Under the pieces are notes generated by a model. The model had not been told where the DNA came from and did no database searches. It saw nothing but the letters and a program-made list of their open reading frames with translations. A stretch of 64,000 nucleotides of DNA from Eledone cirrhosa (Eukaryota): contig OZ024748.1 of the NCBI GenBank assembly GCA_964016885.1, forward strand, positions 30,938,001 through 31,002,000, written 5' to 3'. This document shows positions 1-13,810 of this stretch, piece by piece. The position numbers were made by a program, and so were the translations under genes. How positions within the stretch are numbered: position 1 is the stretch's first letter; each line of letters begins with the position of its first letter.

Positions 1-3000
1 TTACACCCAAAACCAAATCCTTAGACATAGACTTAAGTCCCAACACCAAGCCTTAGACATAGACTTAAACCCCAACCACAAGCCTTACACTTAGACTTAA
101 ACCCCAACACCAAGCCTTAGACTTAGATTTAAACACCAACTGCAAGTCTCAGACTTAGACCTAAAGCCGAAACCTTAAATTAGACTAAAACCCGAAATCC
201 AAGCCTGAGACTTAAACGCCAACCCAAAGCCTTAAACTTAGACATAAACGCTCCCCCCCCAAAGCCTTAGACCTAGACTTAAACCCCAAATTCAAGCCAT
301 AGACTTAAACCCTAACACCAACCTTTAGACTTAGATTTAAACCACAACCCAAGCCTTAGACGTAAAATTAAACCCCAACTCCAAGACTTAGACTTAAACC
401 CCAACCTCAAGCCTTAGACGTAGTCTTAAAGCCCAACCCAAAGCCTTAAATTTAGACTTAAACTCAAACCCCAAGCCTTAGACATAGACATAAACCCCAA
501 CCCCAAGCTTTAGACTTAGACGTAAACCCCAACTTCAAGCCTTAGAATTAAATCCTAACCACAAAACTTAGACTTATACCCCAAGCCCAAGCCTTAGACT
601 TAGACTTAAACCCTAATCCCTTGCCTTAGACGCAGGCATAAACCCCAACCACAAGCATTAGACATAACCTTAAACCCCAACACTCATCCTTAGATTTAAA
701 TACTAACCCTTAGATTTAAACCCCAACCACAAGACTTAGACTTAGAATTAAACCCGAACCCCAAGCCTCAGACTTAGACTTAAACCCCAACCCCAAGCCT
801 TAGAATTAGACTTAAACCCCAACCCCAAGCCTTAGAATTAGACTTAAACGCCAAACCAAAGACGTAGATTTAGACTTAAAACCCAACCACAATCCTTAGA
901 TTTAGACTTAAACCCGAACCAAAGCCTTAGACTTAGACTTAATCTCCAACCTTAGACATAGACTTAATCCCCAACATTAAGCTTTAGACTTAGACTTAAA
1001 CCCCAAGCATTAGACATAGATTTAAACCCCAACCACAAGCCTTAGACTTAGTCTTAAACCCCAAGCCCAAACTTAGAGTTGGACTTGAAGCCAAAGCGCA
1101 AGCGTTAGACTTAGACCTGAACCCCAACCTCAAGCATAAGACTTAGACTTAAACCCCAACCCCAAGACTTAGACTTAGACTTAAACCCCAACATTAAGAT
1201 TTAGACTTAGACTTAAACCCCAAGCCTTAGACATAGATTTAAACCCCAAATACAAGCCTTAGACTTAGACTTAAACCCCAACCCCAATTCTTTGTCTTAG
1301 ACTTAAATCCCACCAACTAGCATTACACTTAGACATAAGCCCCAACTCCAAGCGTTAGAATTAAACCATAACCACAAACCGTATACTTAAACCCAACACC
1401 AAGCCTTAGACATAGATTTAAACCCCAACCCTAAGCCTTAGATTTAGACTTAAATCCCAACCCCAAAACATAGACTTAGACTTAAAACTCAACCACTAGC
1501 ATTAGACTTAGAGTTACAGCCAACATAAAGCCTTAGACTTAAACCGTAACCCCAAGCCTTAGACTTAAACCCCAACACCAAACCTTAGATTTAGACTTAA
1601 ACGCCAAACCAAAGACGTAGATTTTGACTTAAACCCTAACCACAAGACTTAGACTTAAATCCTAACACCAACCCTTAGACTTAGACGTAGAATTAAACCC
1701 CAACCTCAAGCCTTAGACGTAAACTTAAACCGGAACCCAAACCTTAGACTTAGACTTAAACTCCAACCCCAAATCTTAGACATAGACGTAAACCCCAACT
1801 CCAAGCCTTAGAATTAAACCCTGACAACAACCCTTAGACTTAAACCCGAACCCCAACCTTAGCCTTAGACTTAGACTTATACCCCAAGCCCAAGCCTTAG
1901 ATTTAGACATAAACCCCTACCACAAGCATTAGACTTAGCCTTAAACCCCAACACCCATCCTTAGATTTAAATCCGAACCCTTAGATTTAAACCCCAACCA
2001 CAAGACTTAGACTTAGATTTAAACCCGAAACCCAAGCCTTAGAATTAGACTTAAACCATAATCCCAAGCGTTAGACTTAGTCTTAAACCCCAACCACAAG
2101 ACTTAGACCTAGACATAAACGCCAACCCAAAGGTTTAGACTTAGAGTTAATCACCAACCCCCAGCCTTGGAATTAGACATAAAACCGTACCCCAAATCGC
2201 AAACCCAAGCCTTAGACTTAGATTTAGACCCAAATCTGAAGCCTCAGACTTAGACTTATACCCCAAGACATAGACATAGATTTAAACCCCAACCTCAAGC
2301 CTTAGACTAAGACTTAAACCCCAACCCCAAGCATTAGAAGTAGACAATAAACACAAGCCTTAGACTTAGACTTAAAACCACAACCCCTATCCTTAGACGT
2401 AAACTTAAACCCCAACCCCTAAACTTAGACTTAGAATTAAACCATAACCCCAAGCCTAATACTTAAACCCTAACCCCAAGCCTTAGACTTAAAGCCTAAC
2501 CGCAACCCCAATCTTTAGACATAGACTTAAACCTTAACCTCAAGCCTTAGACTTAGACTTAAAACCCAACCCCAAGCCTCAGACTTAGACTTAAACCCCA
2601 ACCCTTAGACTAAGACTAAACCCCAACCCCTAGCCTTAGACGTAAACTTAAAATTAGACTTAGACTTAAATCCCAAACTCAAGCCTTAGATTAGACTTGA
2701 ACCCCAACTACAAGCTTTAGACTTAGACCTAAACCCCAACCCCAAATGTTAGCTTTATTTTTGAACACCAACTCCTAGCCTTAGACTTAGACTTAAACCC
2801 CAACCCCAAGCCTCAGACTTAGACTTAAACCCCAACCCTTAGACTTAGACTTAAACCCCAACCACAAACCTTAGACTTAGAATTTAAACCCCAATCCCAA
2901 TCCTGAGACTTAGACTTAAACCCTCACCCACAGCCTTAGACTTAAAGCCTAACCGCAACCCTAATCTTTAGACTTAGAATTAAACTCCAACCCAAAGACT

Positions 3001-6000
3001 TAGACCCTAACCCCAAGCCCAAGCATTAGACAAAGACATAAACCTTAACCCCAAGCCTTAGACTTAAACGTAAACACAAACCACAGGCCTTAGACATAGA
3101 CTTAAACCCCAACCCCAAGCCTTAGTCTTAGACTTAAAATCCAACCACTAGCATTACACTTAGATTTAAACCCCAACCTTAGACATACACTTAAATCCCA
3201 ACCCCAACCTTAGACATACACTTAAATCCCAACCCCAACACTTGGACTTAAACCCCAACCCCAAGCCTTAGACGTAGACTTAAACCTCAACCCAAAGCCT
3301 TAGACTTAGACTTAAACCACAACCCCATGCTTTAGATTTAGACTTACACCCCAACCACTTACCTTAGACGTAAACTTAAACCCCAACTCCAAGAATTATA
3401 CTTAGATTTAAACCCCAACCTCAAGCCTTAGACGTAGACACTAACCCCAAACCAAAGCCTTAGACTTAGAATTAAACCCCAACCCCAAGCCTTATACATA
3501 GACTTAAACCACAACCCCAAGCCTTAGAATTAAACCCTAATAACAAGCTTTAGACTTACAACATAACCCCAAACCCATGTCTTAGCCCAACACGTAAACT
3601 TAAACACCAACACAAAGCCTTAGACTTAGACTTAAACCCCAATCACAAGCCTTAGACTTACACTTAAACCCCAATCCCAAGCCTTAGACATAGACTTAAA
3701 CCTCAACCCCATGTTTAGACTTTGACATAAAACCCAACCACAAGCCCTAGACGTAGACTTAAACCCCAACCTTAAGCGTTAGACTTAGATTTAAACTCTA
3801 AGCCATAGACATAGATTTAAACCCCAAACTCAAGCCTTAGACGTAGACTTAAACCCCAACCCCAAGCCTTAGACTTAGACTTAATCCCCAACATTAAGCT
3901 TTAGACTTAGACTTAAACCCCAAGCCTTAGAAATAGATTAAAACCCCAACCACAAGCCTTAGACTTAGACTTACAGCCCAAGCCCAAGCCTTAGAGTTAG
4001 ACTTGAAGGCCAAGCGCAAGCGTTAGACTTAGACTTGAACCCCAACCCCAAGTCTTAGACTTAGACTTAAACACCAACCACTAGCATTAGACTTTGACTT
4101 AAACCCCAACCCCAACCCTTAGAGATAGATTTAAACACCAACCCTAAGCCTTAGACTTAGACTTAAACCACAACCTCAAGCCTTAGACATACACTGAAAT
4201 CCCAACCCCAAAACATAGACATAGATTTAAACCTCAACCACTAGCATTAGATTTAGACTTAAAGCCATCACCAAGGCTTAGACTTAAACCGTAACCCCAA
4301 GCCTTAGACTTAAACACCAACCCCACGCCTTAGACTTAGACTTACACCCAAAACCAAATCCTTAGACATAGACTTAAGTCCCAACACCAAGCCTTAGACA
4401 TAGACTTAAACCCCAACCACAAGCCTTACACTTAGACTTAAACCCCAACACCAAGCCTTAGACTTAGATTTAAACACCAACTGCAAGTCTCAGACTTAGA
4501 CCTAAAGCCGAAACCTTAAATTAGACTAAAACCCGAAATCCAAGCCTGAGACTTAAACGCCAACCCAAAGCCTTAAACTTAGACATAAACGCCCCCCCAA
4601 AGCCTTAGACCTAGACTTAAACCCCAAATTCAAGCCATAGACTTAAACCCTAACACCAACCTTTAGACTTAGATTTAAACCACAACCCAAGCCTTAGACG
4701 TAAAATTAAACCCCAACTCCAAGACTTAGACTTAAACCCCAACCTCAAGCCTTAGACGTAGTCTTAAAGCCCAACCCAAAGCCTTAAATTTAGACTTAAA
4801 CTCAAACCCCAAGCCTTAGACATAGACATAAACCCCAACCCCAAGCTTTAGACTTAGACGTAAACCCCAACTTCAAGCCTTAGAATTAAATCCTAACCAC
4901 AAAACTTAGACTTATACCCCAAGCCCAAGCCTTAGACTTAGACTTAAACCCTAATCCCTTGCCTTAGACGCAGGCATAAACCCCAACCACAAGCATTAGA
5001 CATAACCTTAAACCCCAACACTCATCCTTAGATTTAAATACTAACCCTTAGATTTAAACCCCAACCACAAGACTTAGACTTAGAATTAAACCCGAACCCC
5101 AAGCCTCAGACTTAGACTTAAACCCCAACCCCAAGCCTTAGAATTAGACTTAAACCCCAACCCCAAGCCTTAGAATTAGACTTAAACGCCAAACCAAAGA
5201 CGTAGATTTAGACTTAAAACCCAACCACAATCCTTAGATTTAGACTTAAACCCGAACCAAAGCCTTAGACTTAGACTTAATCTCCAACCTTAGACATAGA
5301 CTTAATCCCCAACATTAAGCTTTAGACTTAGACTTAAACCCCAAGCATTAGACATAGATTTAAACCCCAACCACAAGCCTTAGACTTAGTCTTAAACCCC
5401 AAGCCCAAACTTAGAGTTGGACTTGAAGCCAAAGCGCAAGCGTTAGACTTAGACCTGAACCCCAACCTCAAGCATAAGACTTAGACTTAAACCCCAACCC
5501 CAAGACTTAGACTTAGACTTAAACCCCAACATTAAGATTTAGACTTAGACTTAAACCCCAAGCCTTAGACATAGATTTAAACCCCAAATACAAGCCTTAG
5601 ACTTAGACTTAAACCCCAACCCCAATTCTTTGTCTTAGACTTAAATCCCACCAACTAGCATTACACTTAGACATAAGCCCCAACTCCAAGCGTTAGAATT
5701 AAACCATAACCACAAACCGTATACTTAAACCCAACACCAAGCCTTAGACATAGATTTAAACCCCAACCCTAGGCCTTAGATTTAGACTTAAATCCCAACC
5801 CCAAGACTTAGACATAGACTTAAACGCCAACCCCAAAACATAGACTTAGACTTAAAACTCAACCACTAGCATTAGACTTAGAGTTACAGCCAACATAAAG
5901 CCTTAGACTTAAACCGTAACCCCAAGCCTTAGACTTAAACCCCAACACCAAACCTTAGATTTAGACTTAAACGCCAAACCAAAGACGTAGATTTTGACTT

Positions 6001-6855
6001 AAACCCTAACCACAAGACTTAGACTTAAATCCTAACACCAACCCTTAGACTTAGACGTAGAATTAAACCCCAACCTCAAGCCTTAGACGTAAACTTAAAC
6101 CGGAACCCAAACCTTAGACTTAGACTTAAACTCCAACCCCAAATCTTACATAGACGTAAACCCCAACTCCAAGCCTTAGAATTAAACCCTGACAACAACC
6201 CTTAGACTTAAACCCGAACCCCAACCTTAGCCTTAGACTTAGACTTATACCCCAAGCCCAAGCCTTAGATTTAGACATAAACCCCTACCACAAGCATTAG
6301 ACTTAGCCTTAAACCCCAACACCCATCCTTAGATTTAAATCCGAACCCTTAGATTTAAACCCCAACCACAAGACTTAGACTTAGATTTAAACCCGAAACC
6401 CAAGCCTTAGAATTAGACTTAAACCATAATCCCAAGCGTTAGACTTAGTCTTAAACCCCAACCACAAGACTTAGACCTAGACATAAACGCCAACCCAAAG
6501 GTTTAGACTTAGAGTTAATCACCAACCCCCAGCCTTGGAATTAGACATAAAACCGTACCCCAAATCGCAAACCCAAGCCTTAGACTTAGATTTAGACCCA
6601 AATCTGAAGCCTCAGACTTAGACTTATACCCCAAGACATAGACATAGATTTAAACCCCAACCTCAAGCCTTAGACTAAGACTTAAACCCCAACCCCAAGC
6701 ATTAGAAGTAGACAATAAACACAAGCCTTAGACTTAGACTTAAAACCACAACCCCTATCCTTAGACGTAAACTTAAACCCCAACCCCTAAACTTAGACTT
6801 AGAATTAAACCATAACCCCAAGCCTAATACTTAAACCCTAACCCCAAGCCTTAGA
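1..6855 (+). repeat. Near-identical direct duplication: 1-2487 repeated at 4342-6855 (offset about 4340, about 4368 after an extra monomer)
   Basis: ttacacccaaaaccaaatcc at 1 and 4342; rare variant gcaggcata at 632 and 4970; caccaactag at 1311 and 5649; tcgcaaacc near 2198 and 6566. The copies diverge after ccttaga at 2487/6855. Confidence 0.92.
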
Positions 6856-9800
6856 TGTAGACTTAAACCCCAAGTATAAGACTTGGACTTAGACTTAAAC
6901 CCCAACCCCAAGTCTTAGAATTAGACTTAGACCCAACTCCTAGCCTTAGAGTTAAACTGAAACCTCAACACAAAGCCTTAGACTTAGACTTAAACCCCAA
7001 CCCCAACACTTAGACTGAGACTTAAAGCCCAATCTAAAGCCTTAGACTTAGACTTAAACCCCAACCCCAAGCCTTAGACATATATTTGAACCCCAACCCC
7101 AAGACTTAGACTTAGACTTAAACCCCAACCCCAAGACTTAGACTTAGACTTAAAGCCCAACCTAAAGCCTTAGACTTAGACTTAAACCCCAACCCCAAGC
7201 CTTAGACATATATTTGAACCCCAACCCCAAGCGTTAGACTTAGACTTAAACCCCAACTCAAAGCCTTAGAATTAAACCCTAACCCGAAGACTTAGACTTA
7301 AATCCAAACTCCAATCCTTAAACGTAGACTTAAACCCAAAACCATAGCCTTAGACATAGACTTAAATTAAAACGCCAAGCTTAGACATAGACTTAAACCC
7401 CAACAACAAGCCTTAGACTTAGAGTTAAACCCTAACCCCAAGACTTAGACTTAAAGTCTAACCCCAAACCCAACTCCTAGCCTTAGCCTTAAACCCCAAC
7501 CCAAGCCTTAGACTTAGACTTAAACCACAACCACAAGACTTAGACTTAAACCGTAACCCCAAGCCTTAGACTTAAACCCAAACTCCAAGCCTTAAACGTT
7601 GGTTTAAACCCAAAACCATAGACTTAGACATAGACTTAAATCACAACACCAAGCCTTAGTCATAGACTTAAACCCCCAACCACAAGCCTTAGACTTAGAC
7701 TTGAAGCCCAACTCCTAGAATTAGACTTTAAATTAAACCCCAATCCCAAGCCTTAGACTTAGACTTAAACCCTAACCCCAAGCCTTAGACTTAAAGCCTA
7801 ACCCCAACCCCAACTCCTAGCCTTAGACTTAAACAACAACACCAAGACGCAGACTTAGAATTAAACCCCAGCCCTTAGACTTAGACTAAACCCCAACCCC
7901 TAAGATTAGACGTAAACTTAAACTTAGACTTAGACCCCAACCTCAAGCCTTAGGCGTAGATTTAAACCTCAACCCAAAGCTTACACTTAAACCCCAACCC
8001 CAAGCCTTAGAGTTAGTCTTAAACCCCAACTCCAAGCCTTAGACTTAAACCCTAACCACAAGCCTTAGACTTAAACTCTAACCTTAGACTTAGACTTAAA
8101 ACCCAACCATAGACTTAGACTTAAACCCCAACCTTAGACTTAGAATTAAAACCCAACCCCAAGCCTTAGACTTAGACTTGAACCCCACCCACTAGCATTA
8201 GACTTAGACTTAAACCCCAACTCCAAGCCTTAGACTTAAACCCTAACCAAAAACCGTAGACTTAAACCCAACACCAAGCCTTAGTTTAGTCTTAAAACCC
8301 AACCCCAACCCTTAGACATAGATTTAAACCCCAACCCTAAGCCTTAGATTTAGACTTAAAATCCAACCCCAAGACTTAGATTTAGACTTAAACACCAGCC
8401 CGAACTCTTAGGCTTAGACTTAAACTCGAACCCCAAGACTTAGACTTAGACTTAATCCCCAAACTTAAGCCTTAGACATAGACTTAATCCTCAACATTAA
8501 GCCTTAGACTTAGACTTAAACCCCAAGCCTTAAACATAGATTTAAACCCCAAATACAAGCCTTAGATTTTGACATGAACCCAAAGCCCAACCTTAGAGTT
8601 AGACTTGAAGCCCAAGCGCAAGCGTTAGACTTAGACCTAAACCCCAACCCAAGCCTTAGACTTAAACTTAAACCTCAACACAAAGCCTTAGCTTTAGACT
8701 TTAACCTCAACCCAAAGCATTAGACTTAGACTTAAACCCCAACCCCAAGCCTTATACTCAGACTTAAACCCCAACCCCAAGTCTTAGACTTACACTTAAT
8801 CCTCGACCCTCAATCTTAGATTTAAATACCAAACCGAGGTCTTAGACTTAGACTTAAACCACAACCCAAAGCCTTAGTCATAGACATAATCCCCAACACC
8901 AAGCCTTAGACTTAGACTTAAGCCTAAACCCAAAGCCTTAGAATTAAACTTAAACCCGAACCCAAGACTTAGACTTAGACTTACACCCCAAGCCCAAGCC
9001 TTGGAGTTAGACTTGAAGCCCAAACGCAAACGTTAGACTTAGACGTGAACCCCAACCACAAACATAAGACTTAGACTTAAACCCCAACCCCAAGCCTTAG
9101 TCGTAGACTTAAAACTCTACCCAACGCCTTAGAATTAGATTTAAACCCCAAACCTCAAGACTTAGACTTAAACTTAAACCCCAAGACATCGAGATAGATT
9201 TAAACCCCAACCTCAAGCCATAGATTTAGACTTAAACCCCAACCCTAAGCTTTAGCAATAAACCATAAACACAAGCCTTAGACTTAGATTTAAACCACAA
9301 CCCCTAGACTTAGACGTAAACTTAAACCCCAACCCTAAACTTAGACTTAGACTTAAATCCTAACCCCAATTATCAGCCTTAGACTTAGACTTAAACCCAA
9401 ACACCAAACCTTAGACTTAGTCTTGAACCCAACTCCTAGCCTTAGACTTAAACTTAAACCCCAACCCCAATTCTTAGTCTTAGACTTAAATCCCACCAAC
9501 TAGCATTAGACTTAGACATAAGCCACAAGTCCAAGCGTTAGAATTAAACCATAACCACAAACCGTATACTTAAACCCAACACCAAGCCTTAGACATAGAT
9601 TTAAACCCCAACCCTAAGCCTTAGATTTAGACTTAAATCCCAACCCCAAGCCTTAGACATAGACTTAAACCCCAACCCCAAAACATAGACTTAGACTTAA
9701 AACTCAACCACTAGAATTAGACTTAGAGTTACAGCCAACATAAAGCCTTAGACTTAAACCGTAACCCCACGCCTTAGACTTAAACCCCAACCCCAAGCCT

Positions 9801-11440
9801 TAGATTTAGACTTAAACGCCAAACCAAAGACGTAGATTTTGACTTAAACCCTAACCACAAGACTTAGACTTAAATCCTAACACCAACCCTTAGACTTAGA
9901 CGTAGAATTAAACCCCAACCTCAAGCCTTAGACGTAAACTTAAACCGGAACCCAAACCTTAGACTTAGACTTAAACTCCAACCCCAAATCTTAGACATAG
10001 ACGTAAACCCCAACTCCAAGCCTTAGAATTAAACCCTGACAACAACCCTTAGACTTAAACCCGAACCCCAACCTTAGCCTTAGACTTAGACTTATACCCC
10101 AAGCCCAAGCCTTAGATTTAGACATAAACCCCTACCACAAGCATTAGACTTAGCCTTAAACCCCAACACACATCCTTAGATTTAAATCATAACCCTTAGA
10201 TTTAAACCCCAACCACAAGACTTAGACTTAGATTTAAACCCGAACCCCAAGCCTTAGAATTAGACTTAAACCATAATCCCAAGCCTTAGACTTAGTCTTA
10301 AACCCCAACCACAAGACTTAGACCTAGACATAAACGCCAACCCAAAGGTTTAGACTTAGAGTTAAACACCAAGCCCCAGCCTTGGAATTAGACTTAAACC
10401 CGTACCCCAAATCGCAAACCCAAGCCTTAGACTTAGATTTAGACCCAAATCTGAAGCCTCAGACTTAGACTTATACCCCAAGACATAGACATAGATTTAA
10501 ACCCCAACCTCAAGCCTTAGACTAAGACTTAAACCCCAACCCCAAGCATTAGAAGTAGACAATAAACACAAGCCTTAGACTTAGACTTAAACCACAACCC
10601 CTATCCTTAGACGTAAACTTAAACCCCAACCCCTAAACTTAGACTTAGAATTAAACCATAACCCCAAGCCTTATACTTAAAACCCTAACCAAATCCTTAG
10701 ATGTAGACTTAAACCCCAAGTATAAGACTTGGACTTAGACTTAAACCCGAACCCCAAGTCTTAGACTTAGACTTGAGCCCCAACTCCTAGCCTTAGAGTT
10801 AAACTGAAACCTCAACACAAAGCCTTAGACTTAGACTTAAACCCCAACCCCAACACTTAGACTGAGACTTAAAGCCCAACCTAAAGCCTTAGACTTAGAC
10901 TTAAATCCCAACCCCAAGCCTTAGACATATATTTGAACCCCAAACCCAAGACTTAGACTTAGACTTAAACCCCAACCCCAAGACTTAGACTTAGACTTAA
11001 AGCCCAACCTAAAGCCTTAGACTTAGACTTAAACCCCAACCCCAAGCCTTAGACATATATTTGAACCCCAACCCCAAGCGTTAGACTTAGACGTAAACCC
11101 CAACTCAAAGCCTTAGAATTAAACCCTAACCCGAAGACTTAGACTTAAATCCAAACTCCAATCCTTAAACGTAGACTTAAACCCAAAACCATAGCCTTAG
11201 ACATAGACATAAATCACAACGCCAAGCCTTAGACATAGACTTAAACCCCAACCACAAGCCTTAGACTTAGAGTTAAACACTAACCCCAAGACTTAGACTT
11301 AAAGCCTAACCCCAAAACCAACTCCTAGCCTTAGCCTTAAACCCCAACCCAAGCCTTAGACTTAGACGTAAACCACAACCACAAGACTTAGACTTAAACC
11401 GTAACCCCAAGCCTTAGACTTAAACCCAAACTCCAAGCCT
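5617..11440 (+). repeat. Direct duplication: about 5617-7590 repeated at about 9461-11440 (offset about 3845); partly a third copy of the 1.3-2.5 kb segment
   Basis: caccaactag at 5649 and 9494; tcgcaaacc near 6566 and 10412; agaagtagacaataaacac near 6704 and 10551. It has more substitutions than the 4.34 kb pair. Confidence 0.88.
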
Positions 11441-13810
11441 TAAACGTAGACTTAAACCCAAAACCATAGACTTAGACATAGACTTAAATCACAACGCCAA
11501 GCCTTAGACATAGACTTAAACCCCGACCACAAGCCTTAGACTTAGAGTTAAACCCTAACCCCAAGACTTAGACTTAAAGCCTAACCCCAAACCCAACTCC
11601 TAGCCTTAGCCTTAAACCCCAACCCAAGCCTTAGACTTAGACTTAAACCACTACCACAAGACTTAGACTTAAACCGTAACCCCAAGCCTTAGACTTAAAC
11701 CCAAACTCCAAGACTTAAACGTTGGTTTAAAACCAAAACCATAGACTTAGACATAGACTTAAATCACAACACCAAGCCTTAGTCATAGACTTAAACCCCA
11801 ACCACAAGCCTTAGACTTAGACTTGAAGCCCAACCCCTAGCATTAGACTTAAAATTAAACCCCAATCCCAAGCCTTAGACTTAGACTTAAACCCTAACCC
11901 CAAGCCTTAGACTTAAAGCCTAACCCCAACCCCAACTTTTAGCCTTAGACTTAAACAACAACACCGAGCCGCAGACTTAGACTTAAACCCCAGCCCTTAG
12001 ACTTAGACTAAACCCCAACCCCTAAGCTTAGACGTAAACTTAAACTTAGTCTTAGACCCCAACCTCAAGCCTTAGGCGTAGACTTAAACCTCAACCCAAA
12101 GCTTACACTTAAACCCCAACACCAAGCCTTAGAGTTAGTCTTAAACCCCAACTCCAAGCCTTAGACTTAAACCCTAACCACAAGCCTTAGACTTAAACTC
12201 TAACCTTAGACTTAGACTTAAAACCCAACCATAGACTTAGACTTAAACCCCAACCTTAGACTTAGAATTAAAACCCAACCCCAAGCCTTAGACTTAGACT
12301 TGAACCCCACCCACTAGCATTAGACTTAGACTTAAACCCCAACGCCAAGCCTTAGACTTAAGCCCTAACCACAAACCGTAGACTTAAACCCAACACCAAG
12401 CCCTAGTTTAGACGTAAACCCCAACCCCAACCCTTAGACATATATTTGAACCCCAACCCCAAGCGTTAGACTTAGACTTAAACCCCAACTCCAAGCCTTA
12501 GAATTAAACCCTAACCTGAAGACTTAGACTTAAATCTGAACGAACCCTTAGATTTTAACTTAAACCAGAAACCCAAGCCTTAGATTTAGACTTAAACCAC
12601 AACCACAAGCCTTAGACTTAGACATAAATTTCAAACACTAGCATTAGACTTAGACTTAAAGACAACACCAAGCCTTAGACTTAAACCGTAACCCGAAGCC
12701 TTAGACTTAAATCCAAACTCCAATCCTTAAACGTAGACTTAAACCCAAAACCATAGCCTTAGACATAGACATAAATCACAACGCCAAGCCTTAGACATAG
12801 ACTTAAACCCAAACAACAAGCCTTAGACTTAGAGTTAAACCCCAACCACAAGCCTTAGACTTAGAGGTAAACCCTAACCCCAAGACTTAGACTTAAAGCC
12901 TAACCCCAAACCCAACTCCTAGCCTTAGCCTTAAACCCCAACCCAATCCATAGACTTAGACGTAAACCACAACCACAAGACGTAGACTTAAACCGTAACC
13001 CCAAGCCTTAGACTTAAACCCAAACTCCAAGCCTTAAACGTTCGTTTAAACCCAAAACCATATACTTAGACATAGACTTAAATCACAACGCCAAGCCTTA
13101 GACATAGACTTAAACCTCAACCACAAGCTTTAGACTTAGAGTTAAACCCTAACCCCAAGACTTAGACTTAAACCTAACCCCAAACCCAACTCCTAGCCTT
13201 AGCCTTAAACCCCAACCCAAGCCTTAGACTTAGACTTAAACCACAACCACAAGACTTAGACTTAAACCGTAACCCCAAGCCTTAGACTTAAACCCAAACT
13301 CCAAGCCCTAAACGTTAGTTTAAACCCAAAACAATAGACTTAGACATAGACTTAAATCACAACACCAAGCCTTAGACATAGACTTAAACCCCAACCACAA
13401 GCCTTAGACTTAGACTTGAAGCCCAACTCCTAGCATTAGACTTAAAATTAAACCCCAATCCCAAGCCTTAGACTTAGACTTAAACCCTAAGCCCAAGCCT
13501 TAGACTTAAAGCCTAACCCCAACCCCAACTTTTAGCCTTAGACTTAAACAACAACACCAAACCGCAGACTTAGACATAAACCCCAGCCCTTAGACTTAGA
13601 CTAAACCCCAACCCCTAAGCTTAGACGTAAACTTAAACTTAGACATAGACCCCAACCTCAAGCCTTAGGCGTAGACTTAAACCTCAAACCAAATATTACA
13701 CTCAAACCCCAACCCCAAGCCTTAGAGTTAGTCTTAAACCCCAACTCCAAGCCTTAGACTTAAACCCTAACCACAAGCCTTAGACTTAAACTCTAACCTT
13801 AGACTTAGAC
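11150..13810 (+). repeat. Locally amplified cassette of about 275-305 bp, nested in a duplication with offset about 1.6 kb
   Basis: Marker ccaaactccaaNNcNtaaacgt near 11151, 11426, 11701, 12713, 13020 and 13294 (also near 7304 and 7578); taggcgtaga near 7951, 12073 and 13666. Confidence 0.8.
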
